A stretch of 64,000 bases of DNA, from NCBI RefSeq assembly GCF_009914755.1, contig NC_060934.1, one strand, 5' to 3'. The DNA comes from the human T2T-CHM13v2.0 reference genome, Homo sapiens. The notes beneath the pieces are model-generated. The model saw only the letters and a list, made by a program, of their open reading frames with translations. It searched no databases and was not told the DNA's origin. Below, in pieces: positions 42,901-56,230 of the stretch. The first letter of the stretch is position 1, and the number at the start of each line of letters is the position of its first letter. A program made the translations under genes and the position numbers.

Positions 42901-45900
42901 AATGGAATGGAGTGGAGTGGAATGGAATGCAATGGAATGGAGTGGAGTGGAATGGAATGCAATGGAATGGAGTGGAGTGGAATGGAATGCAATGGAATGG
43001 AATGGAATGGAATGGAATGGAATGGAATGGAATGGAATGGTGAAATGAAATGAGAGCTGAGATTGTGCACTGCAGTGCAGCCTGGGTGATAGAGTGAGAC
43101 CCTGTTGAAAGAAAGGAATGCAATGGAATGGATTTAGAATGGAATGGAGTGGAGTGGAGTGGCCTGGAGTGGAGTGGAATGCAGTGAAATGGAGTGGAGT
43201 GGAGTGGCGTGGAGTGGAGTGGAATGCAGTGGAATTGAGTGATATCGATTGTTGTGGAATGGAATGGAGTGGAGTGGAGTGGAGTGGGTTGGAATGGAGA
43301 GGACTGGAATGGAGTGGAATGGAATGGAGTGGAGTGGAGAGGAAATGTGTAGAATGGAATGGAATGGAATGGAGTTGAGTGGAGTGGAGTGGAGTTGAGT
43401 GGAATGGAATGGAATGGAATGGAATGGAGTGGAATGGAGTGTAGTGGAATGGAGTGGAGTGGAATGAAGTGGAGTGGGGTGGAGTGGAGTGGAATGGAAT
43501 GGAATGAAATGGAATGGAATCGAAAGGAATGGAATGGAATGGGATGGAATGGGATGGAATGGGATGGAATGGAATGGAATGGAATGGAATGGTGAAATGA
43601 AATGTGAGCTCAGATTGTGCACTGCACTCCAACCTGGGTGACAGAGTGAGATTCCGTCAAAAGAAAGGAATGGAATCGAATGGATTTACAATGGAATGTA
43701 ATGTAATGGAGTGGAGTGGAGTGGCGTGGCGTGGAGTGGAGTGGAGTGGAGTGGAATTGAGTGGTATGGATTGTTATGGAATGGAATGGAATGGAGTGGA
43801 GCAGAGTGGAGTGGGGTGGAGTGGAGTGGAGTGGAATGGAGTGGATTCGAATGGGATGGAAGGGAATGAAGTGGAGTGGAGTGGCGTAGAGTGGAGTGGA
43901 GTGGAATTTAGTGGTATAGATTGTTATGGAATGGAATGCAATGGAGTTGAGTGGAGTGTAGTGGGGTGGAGTGGAGTGGAGGGGAATGGAGTGGAATGGA
44001 ATGGGATGGAATGGAATTGAGAGGAGTGGAGTGGAGTGGAAAGGTGTAGAAGGGAATGGAAAGGAATATAGTGGAGTGGAGTGGAGGGGAGTTGAGTGCA
44101 GTGGATTGGAATGGAGTGGAATGAAGTGGAGTGGAGTGGAATGGAGAGGAGTAGAGTGGAGTGGAATGGAGAGGAGTAGAGTGGAGTGGAATGGAGCAGA
44201 GTGGAGTGGAGTGAAGTGAAGTGGAGTGGAATAGAATGGAGTGGAGTGGAATGGAAGGGAATGGAATGGAATGGAATAGAATTGAACAGAATTCAATGGA
44301 ATGGAATGGAATGGAATCAAATGGAATGGAATCGAATGGAATGGAATCGAATGGCATCGAATGGATTCGAATGAAATGTGGTGAAGTGGAGTGGAGTGGA
44401 ATGGAGTCCAAAGGAATGGGGTGGAATGGAATTGAATGAAGTAGAATGCAGTGGAGTGGAATGGAGTGGAGTGGAATGGACTGGGAAGGAATGGAATTGA
44501 ACGGAGTGGAGTGGAGTGGAGTGGAATGGAATGCAATGGAATGGAATGCAATAGAATGGTGAAATGAAATGTGAGCTCATATTGTGCACTGCACTCCAAC
44601 CTGGGTGACACAGTGAGATCGTGTCAAAAGAAAGGAATGGAATAGAATGGATTTAGAATGGAATGGAATGGGATGGAGTGGAGTGGAGTGGAAAGGTGTA
44701 GAATGGAATGGAATGGAATGGAATACAGTGGAGTGGAATGGAGTGGAGGGGAGTTGAGTGCAGTGGAATGGAATGGAGTGGAATGAAGTGGAGTGGAGTG
44801 GAATGGAGAGGAGTGTAGTGGAGTGGAGAGGAATGGAGCAGAGTGGAGTGGAGTGAAGTGAAGTGGAGTGGAATGGAATGGAGTGGAGTGGAATGGAATG
44901 GAGTGGAGTGGAAAGAAATGGAGTGGAGTGGAATGGACTGGTGTGGAGTGGAATGGACTGGTGTGGAATGGAATGGTATGGAGTGGAGTGGAATGGAATG
45001 GAGTGCAGTAGAGTGGAGTGGAGTAGAATGGAGTGGAGTGGAATGGAGTGGAATGGACTGGAATGGAGTGGAATGGAGTGTCATGGAATGGAATGGATTG
45101 GAGTGGAGTGGCATGGAGTGCAGTGCAATGGAGTGGAGGGGCGTGGAATGGAATGGAATGGAATGAAATGGAATGGAATGGAATGAAATGGAATGGAATC
45201 GAAAGGAATCAAATGGAATGGAATGGAATGGAATGGAGTTCGATGAAATGGTGTGGAGAGGAGTGGAATGGAGTGGAATGGAACAGGGTGGAACGGAATT
45301 CAATGGAGTGGAGTGCAGTGGAGTGGCATGGAGTGGAGTGGAATGGAATGGGAAGGAATGGAATTGAACAGAGTGGAGTTTAGTGGAGTGAAGTGGAGTG
45401 CAATGGAACAGAATGGTGAAATGAAATGTGAGCTGAGATTGTGTGCTGCACTCCAGCTTGGGTGCCCTAGTGAGATCCTGTCAAAAGAAACGAATGGAAT
45501 GGAACAGATTTAAAATGGAATGTAATGGAATGGACTGGAGTGGACAGGAGTAGCATGGAGTGGAGTGGAGTGGAATGGAGTGGTATGGATTCTTATGGAA
45601 TGGAGTGGAGTGAGGTGAAGTGGAGTGGAGTGTACTGGAGTGGAATGGAATGAGATGGAATGGAATGGACTGGAGTGGAGTGGAGTGGAAAGTTGTAGAA
45701 TGGAATGGAATGGAGTATAGTGGAGTGGAGTGGAGGGGAGTTGAGTGCAGTGGAATGGAATGGAGTGGAAAGGAGTTGAGTGGAGTGGAGGGGAGTTGAG
45801 TGCAGTGGAATGGAATGGAGTGGAAAGGAGTTGAGTGCAGTGGAATGGAGCAGAGTGGAGTGAAGTGGAGCGGAGTGAAGTGAAGTGGAGTGGAATGGAA

Positions 45901-48900
45901 TGGAGTGGAATGGAATCGAATGGAGTTGAGTGGAATGGACTGCAGTGGAGTGGAATGGACTGGAGTGGAATGGTATGGAGTGGAGTGGAATGGAATGGAG
46001 TGCATTGGAGTGGAGTGGAATGCAGTGGAGTGGAATGGAGTAGAATGGGCCTGACTGGAGTGGAATGGATTGGAATGGAATGGAGTGGAGAGGAGTGGAA
46101 TGGAGTTCAGTGCAATGGAGTGGAGTGAAGTGGAGTGGAATGGAATGGAATGGAATGAAATGGAATGGAATCAAAAGAAATCAAATGGAATGGAATGGAA
46201 TGGAATGCGGTGAAATATTGTGGAGTGGAGTGGAATGGACTGGAATGGAATGGGGTGGAATGGAATTCAATGGAGTGGAGTGGAGTGGAATGACAAGGAG
46301 TGGAATGGGATGGGAAGGAATAGAAATGAATGGAGTGGAGTGGAGTGGAGTGAAGTTTAATGGAATGCAATGGAATGGAATGCAGAAATCAAATGTGAGC
46401 TGAGATTATGCACTGCACTCCAGCCTGGGTGACCTAGTGAGATCCTGTCAAAAGAAAGGAATGGAATGGAATGGATTTGAAATGGAATGTAATGGAATGG
46501 AGTGGAGTGGAGTGGAATAGCATGGAGTGGGGTGGAGTGGAATGGAGTGGTATGGATTCCTATGGAAAGGAATGGAATGCAGTGGACTGGAGTGGGGTGG
46601 AGTGGAGTGGAATGTAGTGGAATGGAATGAGATGGAATGTAATGGAGTGGAGTGGAGTGGAATGGTGTAGAATGGAGTGGAATGGTGTGGAGTGGAGTGG
46701 ATTGGAGTTGAGTGGAGTGGATTGGAATGCAGTGGAATGGAGTTGAATGGAGAGGAGTGGAGTAGAGTGGAGTGGAATGGAATGGAGTGGAATGTAATCA
46801 AATCAAATGCAATGGAATGTAATGGAATGGAATGGAATCGAATGGCATTGAATGGAATTGATTGGAATGTGGTGAAGTGGAGTGGAGTGGAGTGGAAAGG
46901 TGTAGAATGGAATGGAATGGAGAGGAGTGTAGTGGAGTTTAGTGGAGTGGATTGGAGTGCAGTGGAATGGAGTGGAGTGTATTGGAGTAGAGTGGAGTGG
47001 AGTGGAATGGAATAGAATGAAACGGAAGGGAGTGAAAGGGAATGGAATGGAATGGAATGGAATGGAATGGAATGGAATGGAATTGAATGGAATTGAATGG
47101 AGTCAAATGCAATGGAATGGAAATGAATGGAATGGAATCGAATGGAATGCAGTGAAATGGAGTGGAGTGGATTGGAATGGAGTGGAATGAAAATGGGTGG
47201 AATAGAATTGAATGGAGTGGAGTGGAGTAGAATGGAGTGGAGTGCTAAGGAATGGGAAGGAATGCAATTGAACAGAGTGGAGTGGAGTGGAATGAAAAGA
47301 AATGGAATGGAATCAAATGGAATGCTGAAATGAAATGTGAGCTGAGATTGCGCACTGCATTCCAGCCTGGGTGACAGTGTGAGATCTTGTCGAAAGAAAG
47401 GAAGGGAATGGAATGTATTTAGAATGGAATAAAATGGAATGGATTTAGAATGGAATGTAACGGAATGGAGTAGATTGGAGTGGAGTGGAATGGAGTGGAG
47501 TGCAATGGAGTGGAGTGGAATTGAGTGGAATGGAATGGAATGGAATGGAATCAAATGGAATGGAATGGAATCGAATGGAATGGCATTGAATGACATCGAA
47601 TGGAATTGAATGGAATGTGGTGAAGTGGAGTGGAGTGGAATGGAGTGGAATGGAATGGGGTGGAATGAAATTTAATGGAGTGGAGTGAAGTGGAGTGGAA
47701 AGGAGTGGAGTGGAATGGACTGGGAAGGAATGGAATTGAACGTAGTGGAGTGGAGTGGAGTGGTGTGGAATGGAATGCAATGGAATGAAATGGACTGGAA
47801 TGGTGAAATGATATGTGAGCTGAGATTGTGCACTGTACTCCAACGTGGGTGACAGAGTGAGATCCTGTCATAAGAAAGGAAAGGAATGGAATGGATTTAC
47901 AATGGAATGTAATGGAATGGAGTTTAGTGGAGTGGAGTGGCGTGGAGTGGAGTGGAGTGGAACGGAATGGTATGGATTGTTATGGAATGGAATTCAATGG
48001 AGTGGAGTGGAGTGCTGTGGGGTGGAGTGGAGTGGAGTTGAAAGGAGTGGAATGGAATGTGATGGAATGGAATGGAGTGGAGTTGAGTGGAGTGGAGTGG
48101 AAAGGTGTAGAATGGAATGGAGTGGAATGGAGTGGAGTGGAGTGGAGTGGAATTGAGTGGAGTGGAATGGAATGGAGTGGAATGGCATGGAGTGTAATGG
48201 AGTGGAGTGGAGTGGAGTTTACTGGAATGGAGTGGAATGGAGTGGAGTGGATTCGAATGAAAAGGAGTGGAGTGGAGTGGAATGGAATGGAGTGGAATGG
48301 AATGAGTGGAGTGGAATGGAGTGGAGTGGAATGGAATGGAATGCAATGGAGTGGAATGGCATGGAATGGTGAAATGAAATGTGAGCTGAGATTGTGCACT
48401 GCCCTCCAGCCTGGGTGAGAGAGTGAGATCCTGTCAAAAGGAAAGAAAGGAATGGAATGGATTTAGAATTGAATGGAATGAAATGGAATGGAATGGAATG
48501 CAGTGGAATGGAATGGGGTGGAATGGAGTGGAGTGGAGTGGAGTGGAGTGGAATGGAATGGAATCGAATGGAATCGAATCGAATCGAATGGAATAGAATC
48601 AAATGGAATGGAATGGAATCGAACGGAATCGAATGGAATAAATGGAATCGAATGGAATTGAATGGAATCAAATCAAATGGAATCGAATGGCATCGAATGG
48701 AATCGAATGGAATACGGAGAACTGGAATGGAGTGGAGTGGAATGGAGTGGAATGGAATGGTGTGGAATGGAATTCAATGGAGTGGACTGGAGTGGAATGG
48801 AATCAAATGGAATGGAATGGGAAGGAATGGAATTGAATGGAGTGCAGTGGAGTGGAGTGGAATGGAATGCAATGGAATGGAATGGAATGGTGAAATGAAA

Positions 48901-51900
48901 TGTGAGCTGAGATTCTGCAGTGCAATGTAGCATGGGTGACCTAGTGCAATCCTGTCAGAAGAAAGGAATGGAATTGAATGGATTTAAAATAGAATGGAAT
49001 GGAATGGAGTGGAGTGGAGTGGACTAGAGTGGAGTGGAGTGGAGTGGAGTGGAGTGGAGTGGAGTGGAGTGGAATGGAATGGGAAGGAATGGAATTGAAC
49101 AGAGTGGAGTGAAATGAAATGTAATGGAATGGAATTGAATGGAATGGTGAAATGAAATGTGAGCTGAGATTGTGCACTGCACTCCAGCCTGGGAGAAAGA
49201 GTGAGATCCTGTCGAAAGAAAGGAAGGGAATGGAATGGATTTAGAATGCAATATAATGGAATGGATTTAGAATGGAATGTAATGGAATGGAGTAGGCTGC
49301 AGTGGAGTAGAGTGGAGTGGAATGGAGTGGAGTGGAATGGAGTGAAGTGGAGTAGAGTGGAGTGGAATGGAGTGGAGTGGAATGGAATGGAATGGAAAGG
49401 AATGGAGTGAAAAGAAGTGAAATGCAGTGGGGTGGAATGGCATGGAATGGAGTCGAGTGTAGTGTAGTGGAATGGAGTGGAGTGCAGTGGAATGGAATTG
49501 AGTGGAATGGAATGGAATGGAGTGGAATGGAATATAATGGAAGGGATTGGAATGGAGTGGAGTGGAGTGGAATGGAGTGGAATGGAGTGGAGTGGAATGG
49601 AATGGAATGGATTGGTAATGAATGGAATGGAATAGAATGGAATGGAATGGAATCGAATGGAATGGAATTGAATGGCATCGAATGGAATTGAATGGAATGT
49701 GGTGAAGTGGAGTGGAGTGGAATGGAGTGGAATGGAATGGGGTGGACCGAAATTTAATGGAGTGGAGTGAAGTGGAGTGAAATGGAGTGGAGTGGAATCG
49801 ACTGGGAAGGAATGGAATTGAACGGAGTGGAGTGGAGTGGAGTGGTGTGGAATGGAATGCAATGGAATGGAATGGACTGGAATAGTGAAATGATATGTGA
49901 GGTGAGATTGTACACTGTACTTCAACCTGAGTGACAGATGAGATCCTGTCATAAGAAAGGAAAGGAATGGAATGGATTTACAATAGAATGTAATGGAATG
50001 GAGTTTAGTGGAGTGGACTGGTGTGGAGTGGAATGGAGTGGAGTGGAATGGAATGGTATGGATTGTTATGGAATGGAATTCAATGGAGTGGAGTGGAGTG
50101 CTGTGGGGTGGAGTGGAGTGGAGTTGAATGGAGTGGAATGGAATGTGATGGAATGGAATGGAGTGGAGTTGAGTGGAGTGGAGTGGAAAAGTGTAGAATG
50201 GAATGGAATGGAGTTGAGTGGAGTGGAGTGGAAAAGTGTAGAATGGAATAGAATGGAATGGAGTGGAGTGGAGTGGAATTGAGTGGAGTGGAATGGAATG
50301 GAGTGGAATGGCGTGGAGAGCAATGGAGTGGAGAGGAGTGGAGTTTACTGGAATGCAGTGGAATGGAGTGGAGTGGATTCGAATGAAAAGGAGCAGAGTG
50401 GATTGGAGTGTAAAGGAATGGAGTGGACTGGAATGGAATGGAGTGGAGTGGAATGGAATGGAGTGGAGTGGAGTGGAGTGGAATGGAATGCAATGGAGTG
50501 GAATGGAATGGAATCGAATGCAATGGAGTGGAATGGCATGGAATGGTGAAATGAAATGCGAGCTGAGATTGTGCACTGCCCTCCAGCCTGGGTGGGAGAG
50601 TGAGATCCTGTCGAAAGAAAAGAATGGAATGGAATGGATTTAGAATGGAATGGAATGGAATGGAATGGAATGGAATGCAGTGGAATGGAATGGGGTGGAA
50701 TGGAGTGGAGTGGAATGGAGTGGAGTGGAGTGGAGTGGAGTGGAGTGGAATGGAATGGAATGAAATCGAATGGAATCGAATCGAATCAAATGGAAAAAAT
50801 TGAATCTAATGGAATTGAATGGAATCGAATCAAATGGAATCGAATGGCATCGAATGGAATCGAATGGAATACGGAGAACTGGAATGGAGTGGAGTGGAAT
50901 GGAGTGGAATGGAATGGTGTGGAATGGAATTCAATGGAGTGGAGTGGAGTGGAATGGAATTGAATGGAGTGGAATGGAATCGAATGGAATGGAATGGGAA
51001 GGAATGGAATTGAACGGAGTGCAGTGGAGTGGAGTGGAATGGAATGCAATGGAATGGAATAGAATGGAATGGTGAAATGAAATGTGAGCTGAGATTCTGC
51101 AGTGCAATGCAGCCTGGGTGACCTAGTGTGATCCTGTCAAAAGAAAGAAATGGAATTGAATGGATTTAAAATAGAATGTAATGGAATTGAGTGGAGTGGA
51201 GTGGATTAACGTGGAGTGGAGTGGAGTGGAATTGAATGGGAAGGAATGGAATTGAATGGAGTGGAGTGGAATGAAATGCAATGGAATGGAATTAAATGGA
51301 ATGGTGAAATGAAATGTGAGCTGAGATTGCGCACTGCACTTCAGCTTGGGAGAAAGAGTGAGATCCTGTCGAAAGAAAGGAAGGGAATGGAATGGATTTA
51401 GAATGCAATATAATGGAATGGATTTAGAATGGAATATAATGGAATGGAGTAGACTGGAGTGGAGTGGAGTGGTGGGGAATGGAGTGGAGTGGAATGGAGT
51501 GGAGTGGAATGGAATGGAATGGAATGGAAAGGAACGGAGTGGAAAGAAGTGAAATGGAGTGGGGTGGAATGGCATGGAATGGAGTCGAGTGTAGTGTAGT
51601 GGAAGGGAGTGGAGTGCAGTAGAATGGAATTGAGTGGAATGGAATGGAGTGGAATGGAATATAATGGAAGGGAATGGAATGGAGTGGAGTGGAATGGAGT
51701 GGAGTAGAGTGGAATGGAGTGGAGTGGAATGGAGTGGAATGGAATGGAATGGAATAGAATGGAATGGAATGGAATGGAATGGCATCGAATGGAATTCAAT
51801 GGAATGTGGTGAAGTGGAGTGGAGTGGAATGGAGTGGAATGGAATGGGGTGGAATGAAATTTAATGGAGTGGAGTGAAGTGGAGTGGAATGGAGTGGAGT

Positions 51901-52635
51901 GGAATGGACTGGGAAGGAATGGAATTGAACCGAATGGAGTGGAGTGGAATGGTGTGGAATGGAATGCAATGGAATGGAATGGACTGGAATGGTGAAATGA
52001 TATGTGAGCTGAGATTGTGCACTGCACTCCAACCTGGGTGACAGAGTGATATCCTGTCATAAGAAAGGAATGGAATGGAATGGATTTACAATGGAATGGA
52101 ATGGAATGGAGTGTAGTGGAGTGGCGTGGAGTGGAGTGTAACGGAAAGGTATGGATTGTTATGGAATGGAATTCAATGGAGTGGAGTGGAGTGCTGTGGG
52201 GTGGAGTGGAGTGGAGTGGAATGGAGTGGAATGGCATGGGATGGAATGGAATGGAGTGGAGTTGAGTTGAGTGGAGTGGAAAGGTGTAGAATGGAATGGA
52301 GTGGAATGGAATGGAGTGGACTGGAATTGAGTGGAGTGGAATGGAATGGAGTGGAGTGGAGTGGAATGGAGTGGATTGGAGTGGAATGGAGTGGAGTGGA
52401 GTTTAGTGGAATGGAGTGGAGTGGAGTGGAATGGAGTGGAGTGGAGTTTAGTGGAATGGAGTGGAGTGGATTGGAATGAAAGGGAGTGGAGTGGAGTGGA
52501 ATGGCGTGGAATGGAATGGAATGGAGTGGAGTGGAATGGAGTGGAGTGGAGTGGAATGGAATGGAATGCAATGGAGTGGAATGGAATGGAATGGAATGAA
52601 ATGGAATGGAATGGCATGGAATGGTGAATTGAAAT

Positions 52636-52700
52636 GTGAGCTGAGATTGTGCACTGCACTCCAGCCTGGGTGAGAGAGTGAGATCCTGTCGAAAGAAAGG
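52636..52700 (+). mobile_element. Alu right-arm 3' fragment (last of 20 satellite-embedded copies)
   Basis: GTGAGCTGAGATTGTGCACTGCACTCCAGCCTGGGTGAGAGAGTGAGATCCTGTCGAAAGAAAGG, with the same breakpoints as the other copies. Confidence 0.93.
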
Positions 52701-54457
52701 AATGGAATGGAATGGATTTAGAATGGAATGGAATGAAATGGAATGGAATGGAATGGAATGGAATGTGGTGGAATGGAGTGGAGTGAAATGGAGTGGAATG
52801 GAGTGGAGTGCAGTGGAATGGAGTGGACTGGAGTGGAATGGAATGGAATGGAATGGAATGGAGTGGAGTGGAGTGGAATTGAATGGAGTGGAATGGAATG
52901 CAATGCGGTGAAGTGGAGTGCAGTGGAGTGGAATGAAGTGGAATGGAATGGGGTGGAATGGAATTGAATAGCGTGGAGTGGAATGGAGTGTAGTGGAATG
53001 GAATTTCGCTGTAGATAAAAACTAGTATTTCCGCCTACCATTGAGTGTACTTATAGCTAACCAAAACGGCACTCTGTCTCGGGAATACAGATTTGCCTAG
53101 AGGTATCCTATTGCAGTCAACGAAAGAGCAATGAGGGATAGAAAAGGTTAGTGATGGAGTGACCAAAGCTGCATTTTACAAAAAACAATGTAAAAACCTT
53201 ACGGATTGGTTCTGCTAACTTACTACAGTTTACATTCCTCTCAGGTGGCAGAATTGTTGAGTTTTTTCTTAAGATAGAAAAGCAATTCAGATAATCTGAA
53301 ATCTCCACAAGAAGGATAAGAAGCACAACGGAAACTGTTCTAGGCAGGAAGTCAATCTTTTCAACTGTCTGTGCTCCATAGAAACAATTGTCTGCACTGG
53401 GAGTCATATGCGGTACAGAAAACAGCCAGACCTCTGATCCTCTCATTTGTGATTTCAGAAGAAATTACCAGTCAACTGAGTAATTCACTGACTAAAGTAT
53501 ACATTTGGCACTGAAAGAGGTTAGACGGATAACTATTTGTATCACCATATTCATGAAGCTGGAATATTTTCCATTACTCGTATCACATCCGAATGGAAGA
53601 TTTTAAAAGCTCTCTCATCTTGTAAGATGGATATGAAATAACATTTTCTGAAAAATGAAATCATTAACACACCTGCGAGGTGGATGGAAGAGAAAAAAAA
53701 GAATAATCAGCTTGAGTTCTTCTCCTTGATAAGACAACTCACTAAAAACATAGAGAGAAAAATACAAGTTTAAAATAATTAACCAGAAGAAGACAATTTT
53801 GGAGTTTTTAAATGGCTGATAAGATTTTAATTTGCTGCAAGTTGAAAATAAGTATATTACTTGTGTTTTAAGGCACATAATGAGCAATTATATCACACAT
53901 GATAGATTCAGCAGTAAAATATTATCCGTTAACAGCTGGTACTCATAAAAGCATAGCACAATGTGAAGATGGAATTTGCTAAAATAAACCATCTTCTGAA
54001 AACTACTATTCTGTAAATTTAAAAACAAACTTTATATGTTATTTGTCTTATTTAATAGGTCTTTGATAAAAATGAGATATTTGAAAGTAGGTGCTACCTT
54101 AATTAGTTCTTTATATTAGACAGCTGGTTACAGTAATGCACAGTAAGGTGCTACATACAAATATTGCTAAATTTTCTGCATATACTATGTATTTAGCTTA
54201 AATTATTTGAAATTTTATAGTTAAAGTAATAAATGTATATTTAAATGTTTTGACACAAATTGCAAATATACCTTAAAAAGCGTCTTACACTCTAAATATT
54301 ATTTGTCACCTATATATTTGTCTTTTCTCTAAAGGAAAGTTTCAATTTTTCCCTTGAAGCTTTAATTATTTCAGTCTATAAAACAAACTGATAATGTTCA
54401 AATTAACAGGAAAAAAAGGTTTACAGATATGTTCACAAGTATGCACTTGGAGTTTAC

Positions 54458-54532
54458 ATAATATATATAAATATATATACAAATATTTGTATATTATAAA
54501 TAGATATACAAATATATGCTATATATATAAAA
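54458..54532. repeat. AT-rich low-complexity (TA)n-like tract
   Basis: ATAATATATATAAATATATATACAAATATTTGTATATTATAAATAGATATAC... Confidence 0.8.
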
Positions 54533-54539
54533 ACTCCAG

Positions 54540-55255
<716 letters not shown>

Positions 55256-55371
55256 CCTCCATATGTACAATAAATATTATTGTGATTTTTAATCTTTACT
55301 CTTCTGTGGAGAAAACACAGGTGTGATTTCTAGTGTAGCTGAACATCACATTTATTTGACAATATTGCACT

Positions 55372-55396
55372 TGTGTGTGTGTGTGTGTGTGTGTGT
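55372..55396. repeat. (TG)12 microsatellite
   Basis: Perfect TG run. Confidence 0.95.
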
Positions 55397-56230
55397 AGCT
55401 ACTCTTTACCTTTGTTCTCACTTAATGATTAGATATTAACAATTAATTCAGTAACATGCATGTTTTGCAATTTTTCTCCATGTTATGCTTTAAATTAGAT
55501 TAATCATGCCCCTATAATGTGTACACTTTAACCTTTGACTATAGGTCTCAATCTTACTTTGGCTCCTGTATTTGAATTTATGCTAATAAAGTCCTCAGCT
55601 AAAAAGGATTATATAAACTTATCTACATTTTTACTAGTATTCTGGTGTCATTTTAAATTATGTAATTAAATCAAATTTTAATTTGGATTATTGTTATCTG
55701 AGTTAAGGATCTAAATTTTTAATTTTCTTATAGATGTTACGTAACTATTTCTGAACCATATATTGACTAATCTGCCCTTTATATGATGTGCAGTATAAGA
55801 GCTTGGGATTGATTCATTTGCAAAGATGAATGCTTGAGAAGTAGATATTTAATCTTAACATTTCAAAGTCTACTCAATAACCTAGAATGGAAAAATAGCC
55901 TATAGGTTGAAAAACTCCTGTAGTGAAGAAAGAAAATAACTAATATAAAGTGACAATATAAATAAGTATTTATTTTATTATCACCCTGAAATTTGATAAT
56001 ACAAACATGTAATATCTACATATCATCCATATATCAGGTCATAAAAAATCAATACATTCTTCAAAAATTTAGCATAACAGAAAATGCACTCTCTCTCCTT
56101 GATGGAATTAAGTTACAAATAAAAGTAAAAATAAGTAGATAAGTAGATGGAAGTAGATGTTTAAAAACAAAGAAAAATATTTGTTTTGGATAACATAAAA
56201 ACTCAATTGACAATTCCAATATTTCAAGAA

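Larger units (their letters stand above)
39912..53004 (+). repeat. Composite (GGAGT/GGAAT)n satellite carrying 20 copies of an Alu 3'-end cassette (layer C)
   Basis: GGAGT becomes abundant immediately after the first cassette. Cassette starts at about 39912, 40874, 41746, 42414, 43039, 43591, 44558, 45415, 46382, 47324, 47802, 48368, 48889, 49146, 49884, 50545, 51071, 51303, 51991 and 52623. Confidence 0.95.

Noticed and set aside
40969-43632. 887-aa minus-strand ORF, and the other long ORFs (e.g. 48984-50576, 39378-40691)
   Set aside because: The translation is just (HSIPF/HSTPL)n from stop-poor (CATTC/CACTC)n, with antisense-Alu peptide ([10 protein letters not shown]). There is no domain, promoter or coding signal.
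39912-52700. CRISPR-like appearance (conserved repeat with variable spacers)
   Set aside because: The repeat is Alu-derived, the spacers are 150-900 bp of satellite rather than unique ~30-bp sequences, there are no cas genes, and the DNA is primate.
39925-52700. Cassettes as Pol III (Alu/7SL-like) RNA genes
   Set aside because: The fragments lack the left-arm A and B boxes required for Pol III transcription.
53117-53446. 109-aa ORF next to the junction, and other short flank ORFs
   Set aside because: No recognisable homology or exon structure, and the lengths are compatible with chance. Several (54872-55084, 60125-60355, 63384-63665) are translations of Alu, THE1 or MLT1.
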